DNA of 64,000 bases from Hydrolagus affinis (GCA_012026655.1 JAAILG010000861.1:1-64000), one strand, 5' to 3'. Numbered from the stretch's first letter, positions 48,571 to 61,919 are shown. Made by a program: numbers and translations. The notes: a model not told the origin generated them from the sequence alone.

Positions 48571-49318
48571 CTACTAAACAGGGCTCTGGCTTTACTCTCA
48601 GCTGAGTTGCCTGAAGTAACACTCCCTCTATATGACCTCCCATCTCGATGAACTGGCAGAGTTGGGGAAATCAGCAAACCTGAATCATTGGTGCAGAGCT
48701 GCCGAGCTGAAATAAACTAACAATGGTCTGGAATTTGCAATGTAAACTAGAGATCAAGTGTTGACACTACAAAATGTGTTTAGAATTCATCTATCCACAT
48801 TGGAAAAAGATTGAATCAGTCGACATGCAAGAGAACCATTGTTTGAATGAACTAATGCATACTTTATTAAAAAGCAGTTTTAAATACCAGTGAAATAGAA
48901 AAATCTGTACATTATATATATTTTGGACTGCTTGATATGATTAATATGTCACAAAGCATAAACAGTAGGATGAAAGAAACAGTATGTTTTCTATTCTGGA
49001 ATACATAAATGAAAATTAAAAAATGTAAATAAAAGACAGTTTGCTTAAAAACTCATCTGATGTGGGATGTTTAGAAACTCTAGTAGGAACCTCAGGAGAA
49101 TACATGTGATTCATTCAATATAATATATCCCCCCGCTCTCGGGAGCTCTAGTCCTAGAGACCCTTCTGAATTGTAATGTTATTTAATCCAAAACACAATG
49201 TAGATTCCCTCAGTCCTTTAATTCCAATTTTACAAATTTTTCTCTTTCAAATCTGCCCAGTCACTTTACCAGAATCCTTTTATCCTTGCACCTTCCATGT
49301 TCAGTTGCCACTTATGTC

Positions 49319-49393
49319 AATAACTGTCCAGCTCCTTGGGACGTCCTCCTGACGTGAAAGGCGCTATACAAATGTAATTTTGATGTTGTTGTT
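49319..49393 (+). mobile_element. Short L2 tail inserted in the Gypsy LTR
   Basis: ccttgggacgtcctcctgacgtgaaaggcgctatacaaatg plus (GTT)n, flanked by the 8 bp direct repeat cttatgtc (49311-49318, 49394-49401). Confidence 0.85.
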
Positions 49394-50565
49394 CTTATGT
49401 CCTTAAAGCAACATCTTCCTTCTTGTAGTTCTTTCTCTTCTTTTCTTCAACCTTGTTCTATCATTTAAAAAAAAATTCTCTTCTGTATCTGTTTTGTTCT
49501 CACAGTTTCTGCCACTCTTTGCTCTGCCTTCCGCTTTTTCCTTTTTCTCCTGTATTTTATTTATTGTACATTGTTTGATCTCCCATGGTGTTGGTCTATA
49601 TATCTTTCCCTTTTCATCTTTTACCCAAGAGAACCTGGGGGTTTTCATCTTGCCACCAAATTTTTCCTTTGATCTGGATTCCCTTTTTAGGTGTTTCCTC
49701 TGAAATCATATGGTTTTCCTTCCATGGCTCTTGCCCTTGTTTCTTCCACTTTCTTTGTCTCTGTAACCGTGGTCTCAATTTTTCTTTCATTCTTTCTTCA
49801 TTGCCTCTAGTGCTCTCCTTAATGGCTGAATCACAGGTCTCTGTCTCTTTCTAATCGTATTTTACACTCTCTTTTCTTTAATCCTCTTTTTCCGAGCATC
49901 TGTTTATATTGTCCTACTATTTCTTCCATCTTCCCTGGCTCACTCTCCTCTGTTTTCACTTTCCTAATTCTTTTTACCATTCCCTTTTTTAAACAAATAC
50001 CTTCCAATCCTAATAAAGTATCAGCTTTTATTTCTTAAATGTAGATCTGTATTCTGTATTGTCTCCCTTTGTGGATCACTTCTATCTCTTCTCTGCCCAT
50101 GACTCAATTTTCCCTTTGTTATACGCCAATAGTATACCTTTCCCTTTCTCCACATTTTCCTTATTTGGTTCTCCCAATATATACTCTTCCCATGACATTA
50201 CACTGGCCTATACTCCTGTTTGTAATTTGCGCTGAATTGCTTTCCTTACTTTTTTATACCATAAATATACCATCCATTTATTTTATTTTATTTTGTGTGT
50301 ACGCTTTTTATGAGTTCCACTGCTTCATTGTTGTATTCATCTTCATGTTCACTTTCGCTGGATTCTATACCTGAGCTGCCTCTCTTTTCATATTCCCCTG
50401 ATTTAATTTGCCCAATTCTGGTTCTCCTCACATGATGTTCTAATCCACATATGCCACATTTGTCCATTTTGTTTGGCTTGTATATTCTCTGCAATCTATA
50501 CTCTTCATCTGTATCATTCCAACTTTGCCTGTTGGCTAGTTTATCTATTTCCATTTCTGTTCCTT

Positions 50566-50874
50566 CTTTCCGCGTCCACTACCCTAACCGCCCAACCATC
50601 GGCGGCCGGGCTTTCAGCCTCTCTACTCCCACACTGTGGAACTCCAACCCGCAGCCCCCCCGCCTCGCTTCCTCCCTTTCCTCCTTCAAGGCCGGTCTCA
50701 AGACCTTCCTCTTCGACCACGCCTTCGGCTGCCCCAACTAACTCTTCCCCCTCTCCTTCCCCCTACTGCGACCCTTCCCCTGCTGCTCGGGTCCCAACCT
50801 GACTGTTCAGCATCTTAAGACGTCCTCCCGACGTGAAAGGTGCTAGATAAGTGCAATTTTGTTGTTGTTGTTGT
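50566..50874 (+). mobile_element. L2 3' end inserted in Gypsy gag
   Basis: PTIGGRAFSLSTPTLWNS..SFKAGLKTFLFDHAF and a (GTT)n tail; CpG-rich, so probably relatively young. Confidence 0.9.
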
Positions 50875-51044
50875 TCCTCCATCTCTCTCATATTTATTTT
50901 TGTCACCTCTTCAATCCTTATTATCTCTATTGCCAATTCTAATGTCAGATCTCCTTTTTTTTTCAAAAGCTTTCCTCTTCATCCAGTATCTTTTATGCCA
51001 ACTACTATCTGGTCACGAATAATTTTGTCTCTTAATGTTCCAGA

Positions 51045-51298
51045 ACTCTGCTGCCCGAGTCCTCTCCCGCACCATGTCCCCGAACCCATCCACCCCACCA
51101 TCGGCAGGCGGGCCCTCAGCCACTCTGCCCCCCAACCTCTGAAGGCAAGTCCCTTTGCCTCGCCCCCTCCCTAACCTCCTTCACCTCCTGCCTCAAGACC
51201 CTCCTTTTCGTTGGTCTCATCGATCATGCCCCCTTTCCTCCCTTCCCTACACCTTGCCCAATCACGACCCCAGCTCGGGTTCGAAACACTGACTATTC
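51045..51298 (+). mobile_element. L2 LINE 3' fragment
   Basis: HPTIGRRALSHSAP block. Confidence 0.75.
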
Positions 51299-51339
51299 TA
51301 CATAGTGGCAGAATAAAATGCACAGCTTATATTTTGGGG

Positions 51340-51520
51340 TTTATTCAAAGTATTTTTCAAGATAGCTCATCAATGATAGGAGATCCCCCTCAAAAAAAAA
51401 TGCCCCTGACACTTTCAGTACAAGTCCTTTCTCGTGAGGTATAAATCATTTCTATATGTAAATCAGTCATTGCTTGTGTGTGAGACAGACAGACAGACAC
51501 TTTGTCTTTATTAGTATAGA
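51340..51520 (-). mobile_element. Helitron-like non-autonomous element, 5' end
   Basis: The minus strand starts A|TCTATACTAATAAAGACAAAGTG(TCTG)n; homologous blocks occur at 23150-23370. Confidence 0.55.
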
Positions 51521-51904
51521 TAAGGATCTCTCCTCTGTGTCTGTTGTCTTGAAATCAGGGTCAGTGGCTATAACATTATTGTCGCTTGGAAACCGATTGG
51601 AGCGGAACCAGCCTCTGGACTCTTGTAACTCAGATTTCAGTGGACAATACTCAGCAAGTAAGCAGCTCCTGAGGCATTTAGGATGCTTTGCTTTGTGATG
51701 AATTTATTATTTTTGACTTGACTGCAAATACTTTAAAGGAGGTGAAAGATGAAGAGGATTCTTTCCGCACTTAAACCCCGAGGCTGGAAATTTATTTAGC
51801 TTTTAGGTTAGGATATTAGTCTTTATTTACTGTGGGAACCAATGCAATCAGTGCCTTTGGAAGATTGCTTTATACATACAACGGATAAAAAAAAGACTCA
51901 GAAT

Positions 51905-52034
51905 AAATTGGTCACTTCAATCAATGATTGTGCTGTGCGCAATTGGCTGCCAAATCTCGCCCACGAATATACAATCAATTCACTTTGCAGTATATTCCGT
52001 GTAGCGCTTTGAGACATCTAGAAGACGTGAAAAG
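51905..52034 (+). mobile_element. DeuSINE 3' fragment
   Basis: tgctgtgcgcaattggctgcc...gcgctttgagacatctagaagacgtgaaaa. Confidence 0.8.
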
Positions 52035-52359
52035 GTTACAGATGGCAAAGAAAAAACAGGTAGGAAATATCCCTAGTAATGTATGTCTCTAGATCCAGAG
52101 GTCAGTACTTTCAGTTACATTTTTCCTGGTCTATAAACACCTTGGTGGCCTAATTGGTTTTGATGTATCTTGTGCTATGGATTGGTTTGACCAAAACTGA
52201 AAAGTTCTCATCCCCGATTTTTCATACCCATGTTACTTTTCTGATGTTGAACTGGAAAATAAAGTAAGTCAGTGGCTTGCCAGTGTGTCTCTCCTGCATT
52301 TCGTTTTATTTTATTCCTGTGTGTTTTTCTTTGAGGTCTCTTTAAATTTTCTTTCCCAA

Positions 52360-52633
52360 CAATAATAATTGTTGCATTTAATAAAGCGCTCTTCACGTAT
52401 GCTAGATGTCTCAAAGCGCTTCACAGAATATATTGTAAAGTGAATTGACTGTATATTCATGAGTGAAATGCGACAGCCAATTGTGCAAAGCAGTGCACAA
52501 AGAATTGTGGATTAACGTGACCAATTCATTATTGTGTTTTTCTTGAGGGATTATTATTAAACGTGTTGAGTAAAAACTTGCCCAAGGTCTTGCTTGCTAG
52601 GCAAGAGTTCTAACCACTGAGCTACAGGACTCC
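52360..52633 (-). mobile_element. Near full-length tRNA-derived DeuSINE
   Basis: Ends in ..ctaaccactgagctacaggactcc; Deu block and (AAT)n tail. Confidence 0.9.
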
Positions 52634-52651
52634 ACAAAATGTCATATATAA

Positions 52652-52985
52652 TAGGAGCATAGGAAAAGAAGTAGGCCAGTCAGCCCTTCGTCCTTGTTCC
52701 ACCATCCTCTTAGATCATGGCTGGCCTGTACCTCAACTCCATCTACCTGCCTTTATTCAATATCCATTGATCCCTTTTTCTAGCAACCACCTAACATTTG
52801 CAATCTTCAAAATTCCAGTTGACCCAACATCCACAGCCTTTTGGAGGAGAGAAATCCAGATTTCCATAAACCATTGTTTAAAAGAAAATGCTTCCTGGTT
52901 TCCATCCTATCCTAAACCCGGCCACGTTCTAATGTTAAGATTATGATCTGGTGGGTCCGATCTTTGACTTTCCATTGAAGAGAAA
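52652..52985 (-). mobile_element. CR1 LINE 3' end
   Basis: taggagcataggaaaagaagtaggcca...agatcatggctg...tgtacctcaactcc. Confidence 0.8.
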
Positions 52986-54509
52986 AACCTGGTACCTTGA
53001 CTTTGACTTGGACAGTGAGTGCAGAGCTAGAAAACAATGGGATAAAATTCAATTCGATTTAATTCCATTTAATTCCATTTTCCAAATACAATTTCTCTAT
53101 ATTTATAATTATTTTGTCGGCATAAACACACAGTGTCTCACTTCACAATCGTAAAAAATTCCTATGAAGTGCTTTTGAGGGGACCTCCCTGTTATGAAAG
53201 TCTCTAGATTAAATTGAAAGATTATTAATTCCTATTCCCGTCATATACTATTACATATCTATTATTTATTTTTGATTATACCCATACAGTCCACCTTCCT
53301 CCCGTACTCCCGATGTGAAAGTTGCTCTACAAATGTAATGTTGTTGTTTCCTGCGCACACTATTTCCCTGATTTACCGCGCTTGCCCAGTATCTTGGCAT
53401 CAGACTCTTTTTTTTGTGGATTTCTTGATACCTTTACTGAATGCCAGCTAAACAAATTTGGGTTGGAAAAAAAAGCATGTGAACACATCATTGCAGCACA
53501 GACAGGCAGCTGGTGTTCAATACTGCATAGTCTTTAGGGATGGATAAATCAAATCAGTTATTAAATGTTGCATTTTTCAGGTCTGTTTGACAATTTTCAT
53601 TGACAATATTGTTTCCCAATGACTAAATCCATACGTAATAGGAACATAGACTGGAGTAAGCCACTCTGTCCCTCAAGCCTGTTCCACCATTCTATTAGAT
53701 CATGGCTGATGTGTACCTCAACAGTAGCATCCTACTGTTTTTATAATGAGATCTATGATTCTATGATATGTTGCTGTATATCCAGGGAAAGCTGTCAACA
53801 AAACTGATCCCTCTACAGCACCCTCTACTGAGTATATGTGTTTGCCAGCCAAATTAGGCTGAGCTATCAAGTCAGTACGGCCGAGTGATTTGACTTGGGG
53901 CTGCCCGGTTCTATTACTTCTTGATCTGGGTGATATTTGTTCCCCAATTGGTTTACGAATGACACTGAAAGGGATGTTTTTTAAGTCAATCACGTCCAAG
54001 GATATGAATGGGTGCCTGGTTGAAATCATCAGCGTGAATACAATCCTTCTCTGCGCTCTGATTGTGAATGGGTGGAATGGGTGCCATTAGACTAGGTACA
54101 GGATTAATATATTCATACAAATTATGCTTTGATATTCCTTTTTCTAAGTTTCAATTGAGTACATTAGAGTAACACAATGTAATTTAAACCAGGGTGATTG
54201 CACATACCTGCGAAAGCAATAATGTTGGAAAATGCATATATTGCTTTACAAAGCATCATATCAGTGAAGCTTCATATTAGAAACTTAGTTCAGTATATAA
54301 AGGGCAAATGGTACTATATTTATTTCCCTGACTTCGAAATTCAACAGGTACTGAGAAATTCTTAGCACCCTGGGCCAGCTCACAGCACTAAATGGGAAGT
54401 AATACAATAATACTGTTCAGCTGAGGTTTTACTACTGTAATATTACCGCACATAACTAAAATAAATACTTAAAATGTTATTGCAAATATTTTATTTCTGT
54501 TTGTTGGAA

Positions 54510-54685
54510 CCATCCACATTTTCAAGACTGAGGTGGATAGATATTTATTGGGTCAGGTTACCAAGGAATGTGGGACAAGGTCGGGAAATTGGAGTTGAGG
54601 TACAGATTAGCCATGATCATATAGAATGGCGGAACAGGCTCGAAGGGCTGAATGTTCATCACCTTGTGTACGTTTCTATGTTTCT
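54510..54685 (+). mobile_element. CR1 LINE 3' end
   Basis: ttcaagactgaggtggataga...ggagttgaggtacagattagccatgatc...ggaacaggctcgaagggctgaat. Confidence 0.8.
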
Positions 54686-55249
54686 GTGGTCTACCTTCCC
54701 TTCTCTTACAGTGTTTTCCAATTTCCCCTTCTCTCCTTTCTTAAAAACGTTTTAATCATTCAAACTGAATGGGACTCATCTATTCATACTTTAACATACT
54801 TTTTGTGAATTGATTTTAACATTTTGTTCATCCAACTTTCTGCCTCCCCCATAATGGAGGGTAGAAAGCATATTGAAACCAACGAGGCTTGTTCGAAAAC
54901 TAGTGTAGCTCAATTGGAACCCCAAAGCCTACACTAGAGAATCACATTAAAAGATAACTTGGCTGGAAGATGGATGTAACCAGATTGTTTTATTTGCATT
55001 AGCTAGAAAGGCCCTATTGAGTTTGGCTGCTTGATCACATCTCAAACTATATAATTTGTCAGCGTCACCACGAGGTTGAGTTCTGTCAGTTGTAATTAAA
55101 TCACTCTGGTTGAGAATTATAGTGCTATGGGGTAATGACATTTTGGAATATAAAGAGTGACTTAATTTCATTGGGTTTGCCAATATTAATTGGCCAAATT
55201 GTTATTTTATTTTGACAGCAATCATTTATCAATATGTTAGTCAATTTTT

Positions 55250-55682
55250 GGGAGTTTAAAATCATTGTCCTCACCTTTAAAGCTTCAAACAGTCTTGTTT
55301 CCCCTGCCTCTAAAATCCTACCCCTTGCCTCTAAAACCCTACCAACCTGTCTGCTCCCTCTGCTCTGCATGCACAGGCCTGCTCCACATCCTCTGCCCTG
55401 CCCTGTCCATCATCGGAGGTTGGGGCTTTAGCCTTTAGGCCCCACTATCTGGGATTCCATCCTGCAGATGCTTCGTCTTGCCCCACACCCTTGCCTCCTT
55501 CAAAGTCGGTCTCAAGAACTTCCTCTTCGACTGTGCCTTTGGTCATCTTTCCACAACCACCCACTTGCCCTCTGCCACTCGATTCCCTCCTACAGCTCAG
55601 GTGCAAACCCTTGACTGTCCAGCGCTTTGGGACATCCTCCCAATGTGAAGGGTACTGGTTAATGTAATTCGCTGTTGTTGTT
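55250..55682 (+). mobile_element. L2 LINE 3' end
   Basis: EFKIIVLTFKA block, L2 tail, (GTT)n. Confidence 0.8.
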
Positions 55683-55719
55683 AAACTTGGTGAAAAGTGC
55701 AGTAACATTAATAAGAAAA

Positions 55720-55940
55720 TAAGAATTAGGAGCAGGAGTAGGCCATTCGGCCCCTCGAGCCTGCCCCGCCATTTGATAAAATCATGGCTGATCTTCTGAC
55801 CTAACTCTGATTACCTGCCCTATCCCCATATTCCCTGATCCCTCTATTTTTAAAAAAAAAATCTACCAGTCTCAGCCTTGAAAATGTTCAAGGACTGAGC
55901 ATCTACAGCCTTCTGTGGTAGTGAATTCCATAAATTCACT
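55720..55940 (-). mobile_element. CR1 LINE 3' end
   Basis: aggagcaggagtaggccattcggcccctcgagcctgccccgccatt. Confidence 0.85.
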
Positions 55941-57504
55941 CTGTTCTAATGCCCATGGAGTGCCCTCAACACTCAGAGAATAATATTTGACTTCAATAAT
56001 AAGGGGGTAGAGTTTCAGGCAACTCAAAATCGGGTTGCTTGAAGGTTGTTTGCTAATGGCTCAATGTTTTTGTCGTATGCATTTTAATCACATACTGTGT
56101 TGCCTCTGAAGCCTGTCAAGGTATAATGCAGCCTGAATTTTCCATATATTTGACTGTTGATTCAAACGGATGCTTGAAAAGATATGATTGAACCAATGAT
56201 ATTTAAAAAATATGGTCAACTGCTATTTTTATCCACAGTTGAAATTGCGCTAGATGAAAATAAAATGCAGTTTCCACAGTTTTTGAATTTGCTGAACATA
56301 GTTTATTTCATGCGCAGACTCCTTTTGAAAGCATGTCAGAAAATAGAATCAACTTCAGACTTGCCACTTTTAGAGAATCACACAATGTAACATCCCCCCG
56401 CCCCCACCCATAGCTGTTTCCTACCCGTTAATATGGTATTAGCAAGGTATGACAGTCATTATCACACTGCCCACTCCTGCTAATACATTAAGTCAAATAT
56501 AATTGAAGTCGAGAAATGGCATGTTAATCACAAGAGTGGTGTCTCAATATCACAGTGTCTCAGTCTGACTCCACATTGGCGAGGACACCAGTATCAGAAG
56601 CCTGAAATTGACAGCTGATTGTCTGCAGGTATTTTTGGGAACAGCAGAAAACCGATTCAAAAATTAAGGATGAAATCTTCTTTCACCGGTTACGTGGGAG
56701 CGATTTTAAGCAATGATTCGATTTGAGCTTAAATGTCTGATTTCTAATTATATTATTTTACATGCGCTTATTTCAGAATCCAGGATTAATGAGCCTGAGG
56801 GCGTTCTGTGGGGCCTTTACATAGTTGTTTTCATGTGTCTCTTCTCCCAATGAGCCAGACTAACCTGTCGGTCATCAACATGGGTAAGATGTGAAAAGCG
56901 CTAAATCGAATGCAAGGATTATTCTTATTATTCTTCATATTATTATTCTTATGGCCTTTCTGTTTTGTATAGGAATGAGAACCTCTGGCAACTTTCATAT
57001 ATCATAGAATTAATGTACTGTTTATACAGTATATATAATATAGATTTATATGTTGTGTGTATACAAACAGTGGGTAACCACCATCTGGCTAAACAGATCA
57101 TACAATAGAGTTCATGTTATTCCTTGACTGATCTGAAATTGATGGAGAAAAGATGGAGCGCACTCTCTTTGTGCCGTAGTCATATTCCAGCATTGTGCAG
57201 TTTGTTTTTCATAGCGTTGTCTGAAAGGCATCTTACATGGAATATAAATGCTTTTATAAAATGTTAATGCCCTGATCTGACAGCACGAGATGAGAATCGC
57301 ATTGCTGTCGAAAAGTGTTTGAAGCTGGCTGCACAATTCACTACTATTGTGCGTATTTTTGTTGGTTTAACAAGAGAGATACAGTACTGTAGTATGCAAG
57401 TGTATGTCACGGTTAGTGTACTAGTGCATGAGTTATAATTTTCCTCATTCTGATTGTAATTCAATCTCTTTTTCTACGTCGAGGTTTTATGTTGATTCCA
57501 CAAT

Positions 57505-57970
57505 TTCATAGAAATATCAGAACAGAAGAAGGTCACGTAGTCCATTACCCTGTGCCTTGACCTGCCCCATTACAGCTATCTACTCTAATCCCATTTCCTT
57601 GGCTTTTCTTGAATACCATTTTATATCCGTATTCTTCAAGCGTTTATCTGGTTCCCGTTTAAACATAATTGGGTCAACTTCAATTGCCGCTTCTAATAGT
57701 CCTTTATGCTTTCGGTAATAACGTTGTGATCCATTGTTACCAATTCACCAACCTTTCGAAATCATCTGTCACTAATAAGCGTTCTAAACCCTTTCGTAAT
57801 TTGAAGACTTCTATTACTTCCTGTCATAGTCTTCTCTGCTCTAGTGAATTCAGCTTTAATATTTTAAGCTGTTTATTATAACTGACCCTGGGCATCATCC
57901 AGGTGAATCTATGAAGCCCCATTCACCACATGCCTCTGATATCATTTTTATAATAGGACACCCCAAGCTA
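57505..57970 (-). mobile_element. CR1 LINE 3' fragment (decayed)
   Basis: catagaa tail, and EQRRL..EVFKL-like reverse complement near 57800-57845. Confidence 0.6.
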
Positions 57971-59119
57971 CTCTTTCAATGTTTGGCGAATTTTAACAAT
58001 CAATGTGCATTTCCCAGATTATTCCCCCCAAATCTGGTTCACACATTTATGCATTAACTGTCTGTCTTCTCTGACATTCTTCTTCAGTTAGCCAAACTTG
58101 CGTTTGATATGACCTCAGTATTAACGCTATTAGCGACTTTAAAAAACACAGAGCTACACTCACAAACCAGTGTATACAAACACCACATTACCATTGCTTG
58201 CATGATATCAAAGTGTTGTGGTCTCAATGGCTTTCCCCATTCAGGTGGTAACCTATTCATTGATATCAGTTATGCAATTGTGTGGACACTCTTTCTCACG
58301 CAAATTCAACTTAATACAAATAAATACAAAGTTGAAAATTGCTGGACGTACGTAGCAAATGAATTGAAATTGAATAAGATGAGGAATCCACAGTATTAGT
58401 GCATTTAATGGATTCATATATAGACATTCAGTGTCATCTGGCAAAATAATGGTAAAATCCTCAAAGATTTTGTAATTAAATAGAAATACTGCGTAAGGCA
58501 GGACAATAAAGTGAGAATGGATCGAAGGCTAAGTTAAGCAGAATTTTGTGCATATTTTTAAGTTTTTACTATGTTGCCAAAAAGTCCAGTAATAATACTG
58601 CTGTGATTATTACATACCTAGAGTCCCACCAGCAGATGGTTAGTGCTGATCAAGCATTCGTTCCTGTTGTAAAATGCTTTCCTCATTCTCATCCTCATCT
58701 GGCAAACAGCATGCAATGACAGTGTTGTGAGTTGAGCAGCTGCAGATATAATAATAGTAATAATAATAATAAAATATTAATAATAGCAGCTGCATTCTTT
58801 GTAAAATAACTTTTAAATATGTAAAATAGGTTCCTTTCGATATGTTTTTTTTCATTAAAATGATAAGCAAACATATGGTTAGCACTTTGGGACATCCTCG
58901 CGAGCTGAAAGGTGCGATCACAATGTAATTGTGTTGTTTTTGTTTATGGACACGTTTGCAATCAGGCAATCAGTCTCTCTAATGCAGTGAATGTATGGGA
59001 GGAGTTTGCTCTCCGTCCTGGATAATGCAATTATTCAAGAGCATTTGTAAAACCTTTCAACGTCAAATGTTGGTAGAGCGGCAAAAAAAAGGTTTGAAGA
59101 TGATGGTACAATTGTAAGT

Positions 59120-59592
59120 TCATAGAATCATAGAATCATAGAATTTTATGGCACAAAAGGAGGCCATTCGGCCCATCTAGTCTGTGCCGGCTCTTTGAAA
59201 AGAGCAACACAATCCCACTGCCCAGCTCTCTCCCCATAACCTAACAGACCTGTTCTCCCTAAATAAAGATCTAATTCTCTTTTAAAAGTTGTTATCGAAT
59301 CGGCCTCCACCACCTTTTCAGGCAACGCATTCCAGATTCGAACAACCCGCTCCCCTTCTCCTCAGCTCCCCTCCGCTTCGTTTTGAAACTATTTTAAATC
59401 TGTGACCACGAGTCACAGATTCGCCCACCAGTGGAAACAGTTTTTCCTTATTCACCCTGTCGAATCCCCTCATGATTTTATAAACCTCTATTGGGTCTCC
59501 TCTCAACCTTCTCTGTTCCAAAGAGAATAAACCTAGCCTATCTAATCTTTTCCCATAACTGATGTCCCTCAATCCTGGTACCATTCTGGTAA
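59120..59592 (-). mobile_element. CR1 LINE 3' end
   Basis: FTRMVPGLRDISYGKRLDRLGLFSLEQRRLRGDPIEVYKIMRGFDRV and an (ATTCTATG)n tail. Confidence 0.92.
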
Positions 59593-60644
59593 AGTTGTTA
59601 AAGTTCCTTATACTTTGGTTAAGACATTTCAAAGTGATTTACACAACTGGGCTGAGATTGAGTTGCAAAAGTGCAGTCAAAAAGATAGATGTTAAGGTAG
59701 ATTTTGAAACCAGGAAGAGAGAACGAAAACAGAAGGATACCAGGATGGAGTTCCAAGAGAGCGGAGCAAGAGTGGGCAGAAGGTTTGTCCACTCTGAACA
59801 AACTCAAGCCTAAATTCAAGCCTTGAAATCTGGCTTGAACATCCAACCTCCAACCAGAGGTGAAGGTGCTACCAACTGAGTCAGTTGTGTAGTTGTAATT
59901 GGCTCAATACTATGCGAAGTCCATGAAAGGTTTTTTTTTCTTGAATTGTCTGAGAATATTAATTAAGGATCGGGGGAAATGGCAAAGGAATCTAGGAAAT
60001 ACCATTGACAATCTTAATCTCCAACTGGGCAAGGGAGCACACTGTGATTTGATGTAGATTCACTGGACCTAATAGAGGTGTTTGATAAAGGAACTTAGTT
60101 TGATAAAACGTTGATAAGGCAGAGAACACCAAAACTTGGTTATTGCTATGTTAACGATTTGCTGCAGAAACTCAAAACAACAAGTTGCATTGCATTTGAC
60201 ATGATTTGCTGCTTAAAAAAAAAATTTGTCGTGAAAAAGTAGAACCTACCACTAAGTAACCCCTACTACTGTTGGCATCGATTACAGATTGGTGTAACAT
60301 GTATTATTGTAATGATCTGGTAAAGACACATATTAATATCTGGTAGAGTTGTTCTCATCAAATGTCTCATCAAATGCAGTGGTGCATTCAAAATGCCAAA
60401 CAGCCAATTATGTTTTCTTGCACAATAAATAGCTATTCCCTGTGGACACATTGGCAAACCGAAAACCAAGTTCTTTATTAACATGAAGAAAGGGAGTTTA
60501 GTGAAATGAAGAAGAATGATTAAAATAATAATCCTTGCATCAAGTATTTATAAGTTTATATGGAAAGCCAGTTTGGCACTGAGCTCCATTCGGCTTTGCT
60601 AGCTCCTGTCAATCACTATTACCAGTAAATCAGTGATGCTCGGA

Positions 60645-61055
60645 ACAACAACAATAACAAAACTTACATTGGCAAGTTTCATGTCAGGAGGACGTCCCAA
60701 GGCGCTGGACAGTCATGTCGGGATCCGAGCAAGGGCGAGGGGCAGGGTAGGGGGGAGGGGCAGGTAAGGGACCCGCTATTGTGAAGCCCTCTGAGACGCC
60801 CTCTGGCGCGGAGGGCACTATACAAATCAAAGATATTGTTGTTGTAAGAGTTAGGAGGGGAGGGAGAGAGTTGGGAGGGCAGCAGAAGGCACGATCGAAG
60901 AGGAGGGTCTTGAGACCGGCCTTGAAAGAGGCAAGGAAGGAAGTGAGGTGAAGGGACCGTGGGATGGAGGTTCCAGAGTGAGGGAGCAGAGAGGCTGAAA
61001 GCCTGTCCGCCGATGGTAGGGTGGTCTGGGCGGGGGACACGGAGCAGACTGGAGT
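60645..61055 (-). mobile_element. Two tandem L2 3' ends
   Basis: (CAA)n tail; SFLASFKAGLKTLLFDRAF. Confidence 0.8.
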
Positions 61056-61919
61056 GCGCTGAAAGTCAATAGCAGTCAGCAAATCATCACGGCTGCAGAA
61101 ATATGAAACCCTCCTGCTTCCAATAATAAACTTCAAAGGTACATTTGTTTATGACAGATAACAGGTTTACAAGCAGCAGAGAGTAGAGATGCATCACATA
61201 CAGTAATCAACATCAGCACAGTGACATTATTTGAGCCACAATGGACGTTTTACTTTATGATATTGTGCTGAGCTTAATGATTATGATATTTTATGTGCTT
61301 CAGTTGAGGGAAAGTGTATTAATATTATTCTGATAAAAAAATCATTATTTCCTTTTCTCATTCTAGTGCAGTTATTAGAGTTAAGTTAATGGATTCCAGA
61401 AGATGTTGCAATGATAGTACAATGTGATTAATTGTACACATTTCTAAAGAGTGCACTGTGCTACTATGGACAACATGAAGCCTCACACATCTGTACAGTC
61501 CTAATGGAATAGAATGAGAGCTGACAAAAGTATTTAATCTAAACTGGAAGATATATAATAATTACTTTACAAGGAGACTTTCACGTAATTTCTACATCAA
61601 ACAAATAATCCTTATGTTTAATGTAGGGTTTTATGCATCAGAAAGACTTCTCAAAGCTTCTCACTAGGATTTACTGTACAGTGTAGTGACTCTGTATTTT
61701 GTAGACACAAATAACTTTAAGGCTCGCTGTCAAATGCAAACTTAATTTGCTGCATTCATTGCGAAGCCAGTTTCTAAATATTAGAATAAATTTCAGAACA
61801 GAATATGTTCACATCGCACTCTCTATTTTGGCAATTTCCCACAACGTTTGTCAAAAGTTGGATTTGTCAGAATTTTTGGCAAATGTTTCCACAATTTTGT
61901 ATTGACCTTGCCCGTCGCC

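Larger units (their letters stand above)
49172..51040 (-). mobile_element. Gypsy-type LTR retrotransposon remnant: gag, protease, RT start, integrase C-terminus, PPT and 3' LTR
   Basis: Gag IIRDQIVVGIKDTG*RGKLLKKKGDLTLELAIEIIRIEE; knuckle-like KCGICGLEH; protease KLQTGV*ASVMS and TLLGLE; RT start EEIVGQYKQM..CKIRLE..PVIQPLRR; IN tail TPRFSWVKDEKGKIYR; PPT aagaaggaaga, then TGTTG...TTACA (49413-49172). Confidence 0.8.
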
